A stretch of DNA of 63,392 nucleotides, counting the filler, from Chiloscyllium plagiosum (taxonomy: Eukaryota), in the NCBI RefSeq assembly GCF_004010195.1. It is 5 parts of one record of this genome, joined end to end, with 100 filler letters (N's around TTAATTAATTAA, not from the genome) between each part and the next. Parts side by side here need not be neighbours in the genome. Positions count along the whole stretch, not along the records: positions 17,268 to 28,539 come from NC_057710.1; positions 28,640 to 55,595 come from NC_057710.1; 3 more parts are not named here. One strand, 5' to 3'. The notes below the pieces were generated by a model. That model saw only the letters and a list, made by a program, of their open reading frames with translations. It searched no databases and was not told where the DNA came from. A program made the translations under genes and the position numbers. Positions 26,801 through 38,628 of this stretch are shown piece by piece (within the stretch, counting starts at the first letter, position 1; the number at the start of each line of letters is the position of its first letter).

Positions 26801-27435
26801 ATTCAGGGTGTAGGTTTGTTCGCTGAGCTGTAGGTTTGATATCCAGACGTTTCGTTACCTGGCTAGGTAACATCATCAGTGGCGATCTCCAAGTGAAGCG
26901 AAGCTGTTGTCTCCTGCTTTCTATTTATATCTTTCTCCTGGATGGGGTTCCTGGGGTTTGTGGTGATGTCATTTCCTGTTTGTTTTCTGAGGGGTTGATA
27001 GATGGTAGATAGATCTATGTGTTTGTTTATGGCGTTGTGGTTGGAGTGCCAGGCCTCTAGGAATTCTCTGGCATGTCTTTGCTTAGCCTGTCCCAGGATA
27101 GATGTGTTGTCCCAGTCGAAATGGTGGTTTTATTCATCCATGTGTAGGGCTACGAATGAGAGAGGGTCGTGTCTTTTTGTGGCTAGCTGGTGTTCGTGTA
27201 TCCTGGTGGCTAACTTTCTTCCTGTTTGTCCTACGTAGTGTTTGTGGCAGTCCTTGCATGGAATTTTGTAGATGACGTTGGTTTTGTCCATGGGTTGAAC
27301 TGGGTCTTTTAAGTTTGTTAGTTTTTGTTTGAGAGTGTTGGTGGGTTTGTGTGCTATTAGGATTCCGAGGGGTCTTTGTAGTCTGGCTGTCATTTCTGAA
27401 ACTTCTTTGATGTATGGGAAGGTGGATGGAATTGT
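26801..27435 (-). mobile_element. Penelope-like element (second family), 5'-truncated, GIY-YIG domain + terminal repeat
   Basis: ORF 27130..27528(-): PYIKEVSE...VIYKIPCKDCHKHYVGQTGRKLATRIHEH. Confidence 0.88.
26843..26882 (-). ncRNA. Minimal type I hammerhead ribozyme
   Basis: CCA-CTGATGA-T-GTTACCT-AGCC-AGGTAAC-GAAAC-GTC-TGG: helix I CCA/TGG, 7-bp helix II, GUC cleavage triplet. Confidence 0.75.
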
Positions 27436-27449
27436 CATGGTAACTCTGG

Positions 27450-28539
27450 AAAAGCTGAAATTCTGTGGGATGGCATAGTGCATGGAATGAGCTGCCAGAG
27501 CTGGTGGAGGCTGGTACAATTGCAACATTTCAAAGACACCCGGATGTGTATATAAATAGGAAGGGTTTGGAGAGATATGGGCTGGGTGCTGGCAGGTGGG
27601 ATCAGATTGGGTTGGGATATCAGGTCGGCATGGACGGGTTGGACTGAAGGGTCTATTTCCATATTTCTATGTCTCTATGACTCTGGAACTTGTTTCCACA
27701 ACCCTCTGGGATTTCTGCCCTTCTTCAAAGCTGGTCTTAGATGTGTTTATAATTTTCACCACTCCAACATTAAAACCTGGTGTTTATCTGCATAGAACAG
27801 AGCTTCCCAAACGTTTTCACATTGTGACAACAAGTAGTTGGGCTACCTGCTCTGCCAGTAATTTTCAAATCCTCTTGGGCCACAGTTGAGTTGAGTTTTT
27901 TGAAGAAGTAACAAAGAGGATTGATGAGGGCAGAGTGGCAGATGTGACCTATATGGACTTCGCGTTCGCCAAGGTTCCCCATGGGAGACTGATTAGCAAG
28001 GTTAGATCTCATGGAATACAGGGAGAACTAGCTATTTGGATACAGAACTGGCTCAAAAGTATAAGATAGGGGGTGGTGGTAGAGGGTTGTTTTTCAGACT
28101 GGAAGCCTGTGACCAGTGGAGTGCCACAAGGATCGGTGCTGGGTCCTCTACTTTTTGTCATTCACATAAATGATTTGGATGTGGGAATGCAGGTTCATAG
28201 CTCCTTGAAAGTGGAGTCGCAGGTAGACAGGATAGTGAAGAAAGCTTTTGGTATGCTTTCCTTTATTGGTCAGAGTATTGAGTGCAGGAGTTGGGAGGTC
28301 ATGTTGCTGCATAGATCATTGTTAGGCCACTGTTGGGATATTGCTTGCAATTCTGGTCTCTTTCCTATCGGAAAGATGTTGTGAATCTTGAAAGGGTTCA
28401 GAAAAGATCTACAAGGATGTTGCCAGGGTTGGAGGATTTGAGCTACAGGGAGAGGCTGAACAGGCTGGGTCTGTTTTCCCTGGAGAGTCGGAGACTGAGG
28501 GGTGACCTTATAGAGGTTTACAAAATTATGAGGGGCATG
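27450..28539 (+). mobile_element. CR1 ORF2/3'UTR fragments
   Basis: WNELPE.VEAGT tail at 27465-27685; [19 protein letters not shown] and RRLRGDLIEVYKIM at 28073-28539. Confidence 0.85.
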
Positions 28540-28639
28540 NNNNNNNNNNNNNNNNNNNNNNNNNNNNNNNNNNNNNNNNNNNNTTAATTAATTAANNNNN
28601 NNNNNNNNNNNNNNNNNNNNNNNNNNNNNNNNNNNNNNN
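28540..28639. other. Assembly spacer N44-TTAATTAATTAA-N44
   Basis: Same 100-bp construct as at 17168. Confidence 0.95.
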
Positions 28640-29516
28640 ACCATTTCTAATTAGCAACACCACACCCCCTCCCTTTTTACCACCCTCCCTAATCTTACTG
28701 AAACATCTGTAACCAGGAACCTCCAACAACCATTCCTGTCCCTCTTCTATCCACGTTTCCGTGATGGCCACAACATCGTAGTCCCAAGTCTCAATCCACG
28801 CCTTAAGTTCACCCACCTTATTTCTGATGCTCCTTGCGTTGAAGTATGCATACTTGGACCCATCTCTGTGTCCGCAAGTATTCCCTGTCAGTGCTACCTT
28901 CTCCACAGCCTCCTACATTCTTGGACATCCTGAAAAACAGCTAACCTACATGCTGGACTACAAGTCCGCATCCCATCCCCTGCCAAATTAGTTTAAACCC
29001 CCCCGAAGAGTGCTAGCAAACTTACCTCCCAGGATATTGGTGCCTTTCTGGTTCAGGTGCAACCCTTCCTGCTTGTACAGGTCCCATCTTCCCCAGAATG
29101 CAGTCCAATTGTCCAAATACCTGAAGCCCTCCCTCCTCCACCATCCTTGCAGCCACGTGTTCAACTGCACACTCTCCCTATTCCTTGCCTCACTGTCACG
29201 TGGCACCGGCAACAAGCCAGAGATGACGACTCTGTCCGTCCTAGCTTTTAGCTTCCAGCCTAACTCCCTGAGCTCCTGAATGGCCTCCCCACTCCTCTTC
29301 CTACCTATGTCATTGGTGCCAATGTGCACCATGACTTCTAGCTGCACACCCTCCCCCTTAAGGATTCTGAAGACACGGTCCGAGACGTCTCGGACCCTGG
29401 CACCCGGGAGGCAACAAACCAACCGAGAGTCTCGCCCATGTCCACAGAACCGCCTGTCTCTCCCTCTAACTATAGAGTCTCCTAAAACTAACGCTCTCCT
29501 CCTCTCCCCCTTTCCA
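28640..29516 (-). mobile_element. CR1 ORF1 esterase + start of ORF2 endonuclease
   Basis: VLGDSIVRG...CCLPGA...VHIGTND...GLHLNQKG (SGNH esterase) followed by YFNARSIRNK...VAITETW. Confidence 0.9.
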
Positions 29517-30249
29517 ATGATTATGGAAGTATCATTGAATATATCCAAGGCTGAGATAGATCTTTGGCCTTTTAGAAATGAAGGGATATGAGAGCCAAGC
29601 ATGAAAATGGAGTGAAGATTGAGAATTAACTATGATCTTACTGCAATGCAGAGGAGACCTCAGGATCGGCTCCTATTTCTAATGTTCATAAGTTAATGGA
29701 AGTATTCTTATGATTTATTACTTCAAGTTCATTTTAAAAACCCATGACAAAACTGGCAAGAAAGATAAAAGTTACTCCATATAATTTGTAAAAACATGTT
29801 TATTTATATGGTTCTGTATTTGATTATGTTTTAGTGTCATATGATGAAACTCTGTGGGATTGAAGATTCATTGACTTTGAATCCAGCGATGACCTTACTG
29901 CTGCCATTCAGTGCCTCTAGAGTGTGCAGGTCAGTAAGAGAGCAAATCATTTGGAATTGGTAAGAAAGCAGCCTTAGAATGCTAACCAGTTTCATGCTGA
30001 TGTTAATTCATGCATCCAACTATTATCTGGAGTATTGGCTGCACCCCATAACATCCCTGACACCCATAGAAGAAGTCTTGTTGGCTTCTTTCTTGCTCCT
30101 CCAGTGATAGTTTTGTTTTAAATTTTGCCGCCTTCTTCAGATTCAAGCTTAATTTATTGGTCAAAGTCAATACAGTGAGGCTGACTTTATTGTGAAAGAT
30201 TATATATCTCATTCCACAAATCGCTACAACTTGTAGAATGATTTTAACA

Positions 30250-31990
30250 TAATTAAACATCTGAAGGTTTCTCACAGAGACGTTATCAAACAAAATTTGA
30301 CACTAGGCATGTTTTAAACAACATCGTAAAGTAGATGTAGAACAGTAGAGAGTTGTTATGTAGGAAATTTAAAAGCCAACAGCCTAGGCATCTGAAGGCA
30401 TAGTCAGAATAATGAAGCTGTTAATGATGGGAATGCACGCAAGTCCAGATTTAGCGAATCACAAATATTTCCGAAGGGCTTTTAGGCAAGGGGAGATGAC
30501 AAAGACAGGAAGGAATGAATGTCAGGAATGTCATTGACAGATTTTACGACAAAGCTAAGAATTCAAAATCTGGATGCTGCAAGACAGGGAACTATTATAG
30601 CTTAGGAAGCACAGGAGATATGGCTGAAACACGTTAAAGTTAGGATATGGTGTTATAATAGTGGTAAATATGGGCTACCAATTTTCAACTTCCATAAACT
30701 GATTTTTAACACCTGAAGCCTTTTATGGACTTTAATGATATAAGAAAAAGAACTGACTGAAATGTGTACTATGTCAGATAATCAGGCTAAGCCAAACTCA
30801 TGAAACCATCAATAAACAAAACTCAATCTGAAATGAAATTAGCATGTCATATAACAGGGCACTTGTGTCTAGCTTGGTAATAACAATGAAGCCAGACACA
30901 GGGAAACACTTACAAATAGCATTTCAGTTGGCAGCTTTCATAGCAGAGTAGAAATGAAAAAGTAGATTTCTAACAGCAGATCAGGAAGATTCTCTCATAA
31001 TGTGTTTTCTTAGTCTCTCTTGAAAACAATGCTTGGTGATAAAGCAATTGGAAAGATGTTGAGCCAAGAAGAACTCAAAGAGTTTGCTACAAACTTTGCT
31101 ACTGCAAAGACAGAAGTTATCAATTTAACACCATGATCTCAGGGTAAACTTATCACCTCAGGGACTCTAAAGACTCTTGAACCACATATTCTTGATCTTT
31201 CTTCTATGAACTGTACACTTCCCACTTTTAAAATGTCTCTGTGTATGTGTGCTTGATGCCATGTTTTATTATTTTTCTGAGGGATAGTAAGTAACAAAAT
31301 CTTTCTTTCTTTCACTCAAGAAAATGCTGTAATTGGCTTTCTGTTTGATTATGGTCAACCAGTGAACTGGAATTTTGATGGAATGCTATATAAGTGCATG
31401 CTAAAAAGAATCAAAAATGTTTTGTATGGCCAATTGAGCAGGTTAACAAAAGGAGAGATGATCCTTCCTTATTCAGCTTTTTAACAATGGACACTCAAGT
31501 TCAGGATTATTTTAGGTCTATGCAAGGTAGAAAGTGGAAGACCAATTCAGAGACCTTTGGTATAGGAGAGATTAATGGCAACAGTGATGACAAATTTCAC
31601 AGCAGGTATTCTGTAGCAAAGCTAGAATCAAACAATATGAAGAAGGTGAGTGTAGGTGGTCTTGATGATGAAGGAATTATATGGGCAGAAACTCATCTTG
31701 TGATCAAGTTCAACACCAAAGTTGTGAACAGTCTGATTCAACTTTTGAACAGTTAGCTGGGAGGGGGATGTCATCGGTGTACATCTTGAATCTGACATTG
31801 TACTAATGTTTGCAAGGAGATTCATATAGGTTTAAAGAATACGGGATCTTTCAGAGGTCCTTCGGTAAATTTTGCGATGCCAGAATGGAAACAGTTGAGT
31901 GCATTCCCACTAAGTTTGATGATGAAGGAGCATTTTTTTAAGATGCTATACTTAGCTGAAATAAAGGCAGGAGACCAACCAAGAAGGGTG
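30250..31990 (-). mobile_element. Old degenerate LINE (L2-like) interrupted by a solo LTR
   Basis: Purine-rich plus strand resembling an antisense L2 RT/3' end; continuous across the LTR. Confidence 0.4.
30651..31486. mobile_element. Solo LTR (836 bp) with perfect 4-bp TSD
   Basis: Termini TGTTA...TAACA; TSD ATGG at 30647-30650 and 31487-31490. Confidence 0.7.
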
Positions 31991-34449
31991 AGGAGAGATA
32001 GTTTGCTTTTCCCACAGTAAGTGTCTGGGTGTCCATTCATAAAATGGATCATTTGTGGGATTCAAAAGAAGGAATGCCCAGAAAAGGGTTCTGTTCCCCT
32101 TGCACAGTCCTCTTCTTTTTTTTATATCAGGTCTGGATAAATTATTCTACTTTTTAGTCCAACTACCTTGCCTACCAGGAACAAAACACAAGAAATTTCA
32201 GTCATAAATTGGACATGCCTTTCCAATTGTCCAAATTAATTCTTTGATTATAAACTCAGCTCATATAGGTGCATCACATGATCAAATTTCTTTGCCAGCG
32301 AAAATTGTTCTTTAATGAGGAAAAGTCAGAAAATTGCCACTGATGTGTTTTCTAGGAAACCAATCCAAGAATGCTTGATTTAACATAATGGGGCAAATAT
32401 CTAATAAGCTTCTTTCTGAAACCTTTCTATGGAGATATACACTGCTCTCTAACTTCTACATTTCAGTATTCCACCTGTATAGTAATGCAATTTCCATGCA
32501 TATAACCATACAAAGTATCTAGCACTCATTTAAGGACTCATTGAAGATATTCCTTCAAAATAATTTACAGGTCAAATTGTGAGCTAATTTATTTACCAAT
32601 TGGACATACATGCAACTTTGCGATTCATGATACAATAATATCTTCTTAAAATAATTTTAATCAACTATTTTGTTTCATAAGCTGCACTTATATTGTTCGG
32701 AAATAATGTGCTTGTTGCTCATATGTACATTTATGAGGGAAAGTGGCATTGCTGAATGCATTCAGAAAGCGTTCTCCTGGAAGACAAGGAATTATGCTTA
32801 TTCAACAGTCTCAAGAGTTCTCAAACCAATCTCACACTTTAAAGCCTTAATCTACCTTAATATGGTAATCAAATCAAACCATTCATTTCCTTCCAGGTGC
32901 TTTGGTGTTGTTGAGCGTTACTATGTGAAACTGAATACTTAACATCTATCTTTAGTCGCACTCTGTTAGCTTTTCTGTTTACATAAGATATGGGGGCAAA
33001 AGTCAGCCTTGTTCTGTAACTTCTGTTTGGCAACAGCTTTCAGTCATTGGACAAGTTGGTACCGATATGCATTGTATTTTATACATAGTAAGTCTTAACT
33101 GAAAACATACAAGGGGTTTATCCATGTTTCACAATCATATCTCTGACTTACACGTAAAACATTATCTCTTAACTGCGTTGTCAATAATTGTTCAATAAAG
33201 TTAGAAATATCCTGTTTAACTAATTCCACCATTTCTCACGAAGTGGTGTCAAAACTGTTTCACATTGACATGAATTTTGTGAGGACAAATATAGCCTAGA
33301 GTATTGCTGCATAAGAGCAAGTTATACTCAAGGTTTGTTTTTGTTTGTCATGTGCCATCAGAGTACTATATAATTATCATTTAATGTCATTAGTGCAACA
33401 ATACTTCAAATTCTGGAATGGGATATGACAGCAGTACAAGAAAGTCACCTCATTTGTATTCACATCATGGAACAACTTGTAAGGAGCTTACATAGCCAGT
33501 GAGCAAAGGAGGGTTTTACTCCATTAACCTAGGTTAGACCTAAATCTCAGATCCAGATGTGTAAAAGTCAGCAAATAGCCCACTAAGAGTAAAATCCATT
33601 AGATCATAGAAGTATTTGGTTTCATTTTGGTGTTATAATAATATGACAGGACACCATTGGCATTAAAAATGTCATCAGTTGTCAGATACTGGTAACTGGA
33701 CCTATCTATGTTTTGTTATGACCTTATGAGCTGAGGTATGGTTGGCACGGATATAATGTGAAAGTGAAAATTGCCATAGTTCCAGTGGCTCATAAGCTGC
33801 TCTCTGATTGGAGACAGATGACTGATGATGAGTTTAATAAGAGTCATTATGACCCAGTAAAAGGGGAGGTTGAGAAAGTAGGGCCTGCTTTGCGATCTGA
33901 GCTGGTATAGGAATTGAACCCATGATGCTGACATTACCCTGCATGTCAAACTAGTTGGCCAATCAACTGAGCTGCTAGAGTGTTGCAGTATAACTTGCTG
34001 TTGCCAGGTCCAACTGCATAAAATACAAATACACATCATTGTTGCAATACAAAACTATCAGTAGAAACTGGTGAAATGAATGTAACAGTCTTCTAATACA
34101 GTGATGACATTAGAGCAGAAATTTATGCAATTGAAAGAGAAGAACTCCACATCAGAAACTAAGATATAGATTGCCCATGATATTCCATCCATGAGAACTC
34201 TTGTTTTTTTCTTTCAATGCATCAAACTCTCTATCGCTTCAGCAACATTGAATAGAAATGGGATAGGTTTCAGTAACTATAATCAATTAAGCAAATATAT
34301 TTTGCTTTATATGAAATTAAGATTGATGGCTTTATACTACTGACTTTGCTAATTATGAGGTAAAACCAGAACCCTCTGACATTAAATGGATGGTAAATTG
34401 TCAAATGGCATTGAACTAAACCAAATAAGTTGATACACTGGTCAGTGTT

Positions 34450-35325
34450 CAGGTGGCTGCTTTCAACGAAAAGCCCTCAAGTGCTCTCAACAAGGAAAGA
34501 TAAATAAAGGGTGCAGTTCTAAAGGAAAAGAACCTGGATTCATTTTTGCACAAAGTGGAGAGGACAGGTTAAGAAAGTTATTAATAAAGCATTCAGAATC
34601 CTGTGCTGTATAAATAGGACTACAGAGAATGAAAAGAAACAATTTATGACTAATCTTTATAAAACACAGATTCTGCTTCACTCGGAGTATTGTGTCCAAC
34701 TCTAAGCACCTCAGTTCGGGAAGATGCTGAAGATATTAGGGAGAGGGTGCAAAAAAGACTCACAATATAGATCCAGATTTTGAAACTTCAGTTATGTGTA
34801 TAGATTGGAGAAGGTGGGATTTCTTTTTGGAGAAGATTAAGAGGATATTTGTTAACAGTTCAAAATCATGTTGAGCCTAGACAGAGTAGATGAAAAGAAG
34901 CGGTTCATGTTATTGAAAGTTTTGTAAGCCAGAGAGTCTTGATTCAGATGATTGGCAAAAAAATGCAATGTGACATGAATAAAATCTTTTTTCAAAGTGA
35001 ATGGTTAGGATTTGAAATGTGGTGGAGGTGGGGATAATCAAGGCCTTCAAATGAGAATTGCTTTGATTTGATTTATTAATGTCACATGTACCTAGGTACA
35101 GTGAAAAGTTTTGTTTTGCATGCCGAACAGGCAGATCATAACATACATAATATATTAGGGTAATAGAACAGAGGGAAGAATACAATGTTACAACTGCAGA
35201 GAGTTGGATAGCTATCTGAAGCAAAGGAAAGTGCAAATACATTTGACTGGGTGTGTTGCTTTTCTAGAGAGCCAGCAATGAAAAGACTGACGGCATTATT
35301 TAATTCTATGATTCTGATTCTATGC
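34450..35325 (+). mobile_element. Degenerate CR1-type 3' fragments
   Basis: ORF2 C-terminal remnants (ggagtattgtgtccaa...) and a ttctatgattctgattctatg tail. Confidence 0.6.
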
Positions 35326-35749
35326 ATTCAGTCTCGTGAAGAAAGTTGTACTGAAATTCTTAATGTTGATGGTAATTTGTTAATGATTTACGGAAATGTT
35401 TATATGAAGGGGACATGGTAGCACTTGATGCTTATGATGAAATATAGATCCAACAGAGTACATAAATATGTATATAATTAAACAATAGTCAATTGCATCT
35501 GCAAGAACTCCCATTTTTAGGCAAAAAAGATTGAAATTAAAATGTTAGAGGATACAAAGATGGAATCCAAATATGTGCATGTTATCTAATTTGGAATCAT
35601 AAAGGAATCCCATGGACTCTGTGGGCTGGGGGTACAATTATATTCTTTCAGATGTATGATGTCCCATGGCTTAATCTAGAGTGCACCGCACTACTAAAGG
35701 GATATGAATAATTTTGTATAGCAGATCACCTTATCCAGTCTCTCAATGC

Positions 35750-37720
35750 TGCACCAAAAGGAAGGAAACAACAGCTAGATTTATTTTTACTCCTTCCAGA
35801 TGGAAATACTGCAGCCTAATCTCTCACCTCAGAGCATCCTAAAAATCACCTGCACTACATTTCCCATCAAATCCAATTGCTTGTTATCAGCTGCATGTGG
35901 CAACAACACTGTTGGAAAAGGAAACAAAGGACGTGATGTGTAATGAACTCAAAAACAGCACCAGCAACATACAGAACATAGCAATCCTGGTCCCTTCAAG
36001 ATCACAGACCTCAAGAAAATATTAAAGGGCCTGAAATGTTGCAAAACATTGCACCAAAATTTGTGAAAGAACTTGGCACCCATACTCCTACCTGCATGAT
36101 TCTGTTCTACACAAGGATCATCAGCTTAACCTCATTCCTGAAGGTTTGCAATATGATAAATATTGTTGCTATTCCAAAACCTGGAAAGGATCATGCACTA
36201 GTGGCCAGCTGTAGACCAATTTCAATACTTTATGTGTGCCTTAAGATCACTGAGCAACTGGTCCTAAGACACATATCTCTGATGTAAAGACCATGCTTAA
36301 GGTTGACCAATCCCTGTTAACTGTAAAGGACACAACACGTGCTCAAGTTTTGGCACTCACTACCTGCATTTAAAATGACTTCCAAAAAATCCTGAAAACA
36401 AGCTCACCACTACTGGACCTTATAGCTGCCTATAAAACAGTGTGTAACAATAGCCTGCTCCTAACTCTGTTGGCAGTGCTTCCCAGCTGGATCATGACAG
36501 TTGCTGAAACACACCTTTTGCAGCAAATGAATTAGAGACCAATTTGGACAAAGAAGAAGTGCACAGAGCACATAAGCTGAAGGACAACCATAGGGCTCAA
36601 TGCTTGCCCCAATGCTGTTCAATATCTATACATGTAACCAAATCTCACAATTTAATTATGTTGATGACATCTGTTGCACTGCCCAAATTCTCACTCTTCT
36701 GAACATTAACCAGAACATTAACAAAGATGTTACAAAGCAAACAGAATATTGCATCTCATATTGAATACATCTAAAATCGTATCCAGAGTTTTCCACCTCC
36801 ACATTGACAGTGCCAAAAAAGACGGTCTCTGTGTGGACAGTTGGAGACTGGATCTTGATCCCAACCCAACAACTTGGGAATGATTCTACCTAAAACGTTG
36901 TCCTTCCCACAGTCTTTGAAGAAAACCACAGCAAATATCAAACCAGAAACAATCAATAATCAAGAGTTAGGTTAGACTTAAAATGTTATTCTTTTTCCTC
37001 TCTTCAGAGATTCTGCCAGATGTGCTGAGTTTCTCCAGCACTTCCAGTTTTTATTTCAGATTTCCAGCATCCATAGTACTTTGCTTTTATTAACCAAACT
37101 TTCTGAATCCATGTGCCATGACATTCCAGACTCAGCATTTGTCTTATCATCCATTGCATCACAGTACTGAACAACTATCTGGCAAAGACAGATTTTACTG
37201 TAACTCAATTGATGTTGCAATTTACATTATAACAGAAATCCTCATTCAAAACCTCTGCTCCAGCTTCCTGTCCTTGCAGATTTCATTCCTTAGCCATCCG
37301 CCAACTGACAACAGCCCACAAGCTGATTGAAATCATCATGCTCCATTCAATAATGACCTCCTCAGTCCAGCCACTTCCCACTTTCCCTCTTGGCATTTAT
37401 TATGTGCAACCTTCTTGAGGAAGATCTGCCAGTGGACATCCTTTGGATTGGAAAATGCAGCAAGTTACTAACAGACTAACAAACCCCATCTGAATGGCAG
37501 GCCTTAAACTACCACAGCAAGGGTATTTCTTGTTAAACAGGTTCAAGATACGTCAGCACCCTTGCAACCAATATTCCCCATTGGAATCTCAGTACGAACC
37601 CCTTTTTTTTGCTTCCTGAGGGAATCAGTCTGCATATTATTGAGGAGTATCACCTCCACAAACTAAATAGACCACCAAATTCAGTAAATGAGGAGGCTAG
37701 TGCATGACTTTAGAGGTTTT
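35750..37720 (+). mobile_element. Degenerate Vingi/Ingi-like non-LTR retrotransposon
   Basis: IVAIPKPGKDH..ASCRPISIL (36036-36287), then QVLALTTCI*NDFQKILKT..LDLIAAYKTV, GSMLAPMLFNIY and YVDD (~36660), with a C-terminal LLNRF. Confidence 0.6.
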
Positions 37721-38461
37721 CATACACTAAGTTAAAACATTATGTATATATTAGAAAGCGTGCCCATATACATGTCCACAGAATGGTAAGCCAGGGCTTT
37801 CCAGGTTTAAGATTGGAAATGTGTTTAGTTTCTTGCTGCGATTAAAGGGATGTTTTGTTAAGTAGGTGATGATTATTTGTGGGAGACTTGATTGAACTTT
37901 TTAAAAATTTGGCTTGTGATTTCTAATCATTTTACACGTAAATCGAAAATGATTACGTTTTGCTTTTTTTCCCACAGATCTATCCGTGACTTCTGCTAAA
38001 TTGGGAGATCTCAACTGGAGGGCGTGCAGGTAGGTTCCGATTAACCTTGCCCTGGGGTCAATCTGATTCGATGAGGAGTGTGTGCAGAGCATTCTGAATT
38101 GTCTGTAACTCTGTCGAGGTTTCCATGCGCCCAGAGCGGGTGGGAAAAGAAATTAATGCCTACGGAGTAGGGAATGGGCGACAAAGGAAATGAGTCAAGA
38201 ATGTGGAAAATATGATGCCGAGATCCCTGATGTTAAAATCAACCCCAACATTTACTCGAGTGTTTTAAGTGCTAACCAGCTGTAAGTCAGGAAAGAAGCG
38301 TCTGCAGGTCCGAATTAGCCTTCATTTCCACGTGGGGTGAAAATGTTCTTTATTGATATCCTCTCTGATATGTCAGTAAAATTAATCACTGCGCAAGAGT
38401 AACAGATTGAAACCGAGTGTCTGAAATCATAAAGATGAGGGATATAGTGGCTCTGGGATCA

Positions 38462-38628
38462 GTGGAATCAACCTTTCGGGCAAGAGCCCTTCATCAGGAA
38501 TTCCTGATTGAGGGCTTTTGCCCGAAACGTTGATTCTCCTGCTCCTCGGATGCTGCCTGACCTGCTATGCTTTTCCAGCACAACACTCTCCACTCTGATC
38601 TCCAGCATCTGCAGCCCTCACTTTCTCC
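38462..38628. mobile_element. Palindromic Penelope terminal-repeat mini-insertion, 14-bp TSD
   Basis: TSD TGGCTCTGGGATCA at 38448-38461 and 38629-38642. Inverted repeat centred on GGAATTCC with a hammerhead-like core on each strand. Confidence 0.85.

Noticed and set aside
33480..33590. Possible ancient LF-SINE-like head (and a similar old SINE at ~14395-14630)
   Set aside because: Too degenerate to support without a profile search.
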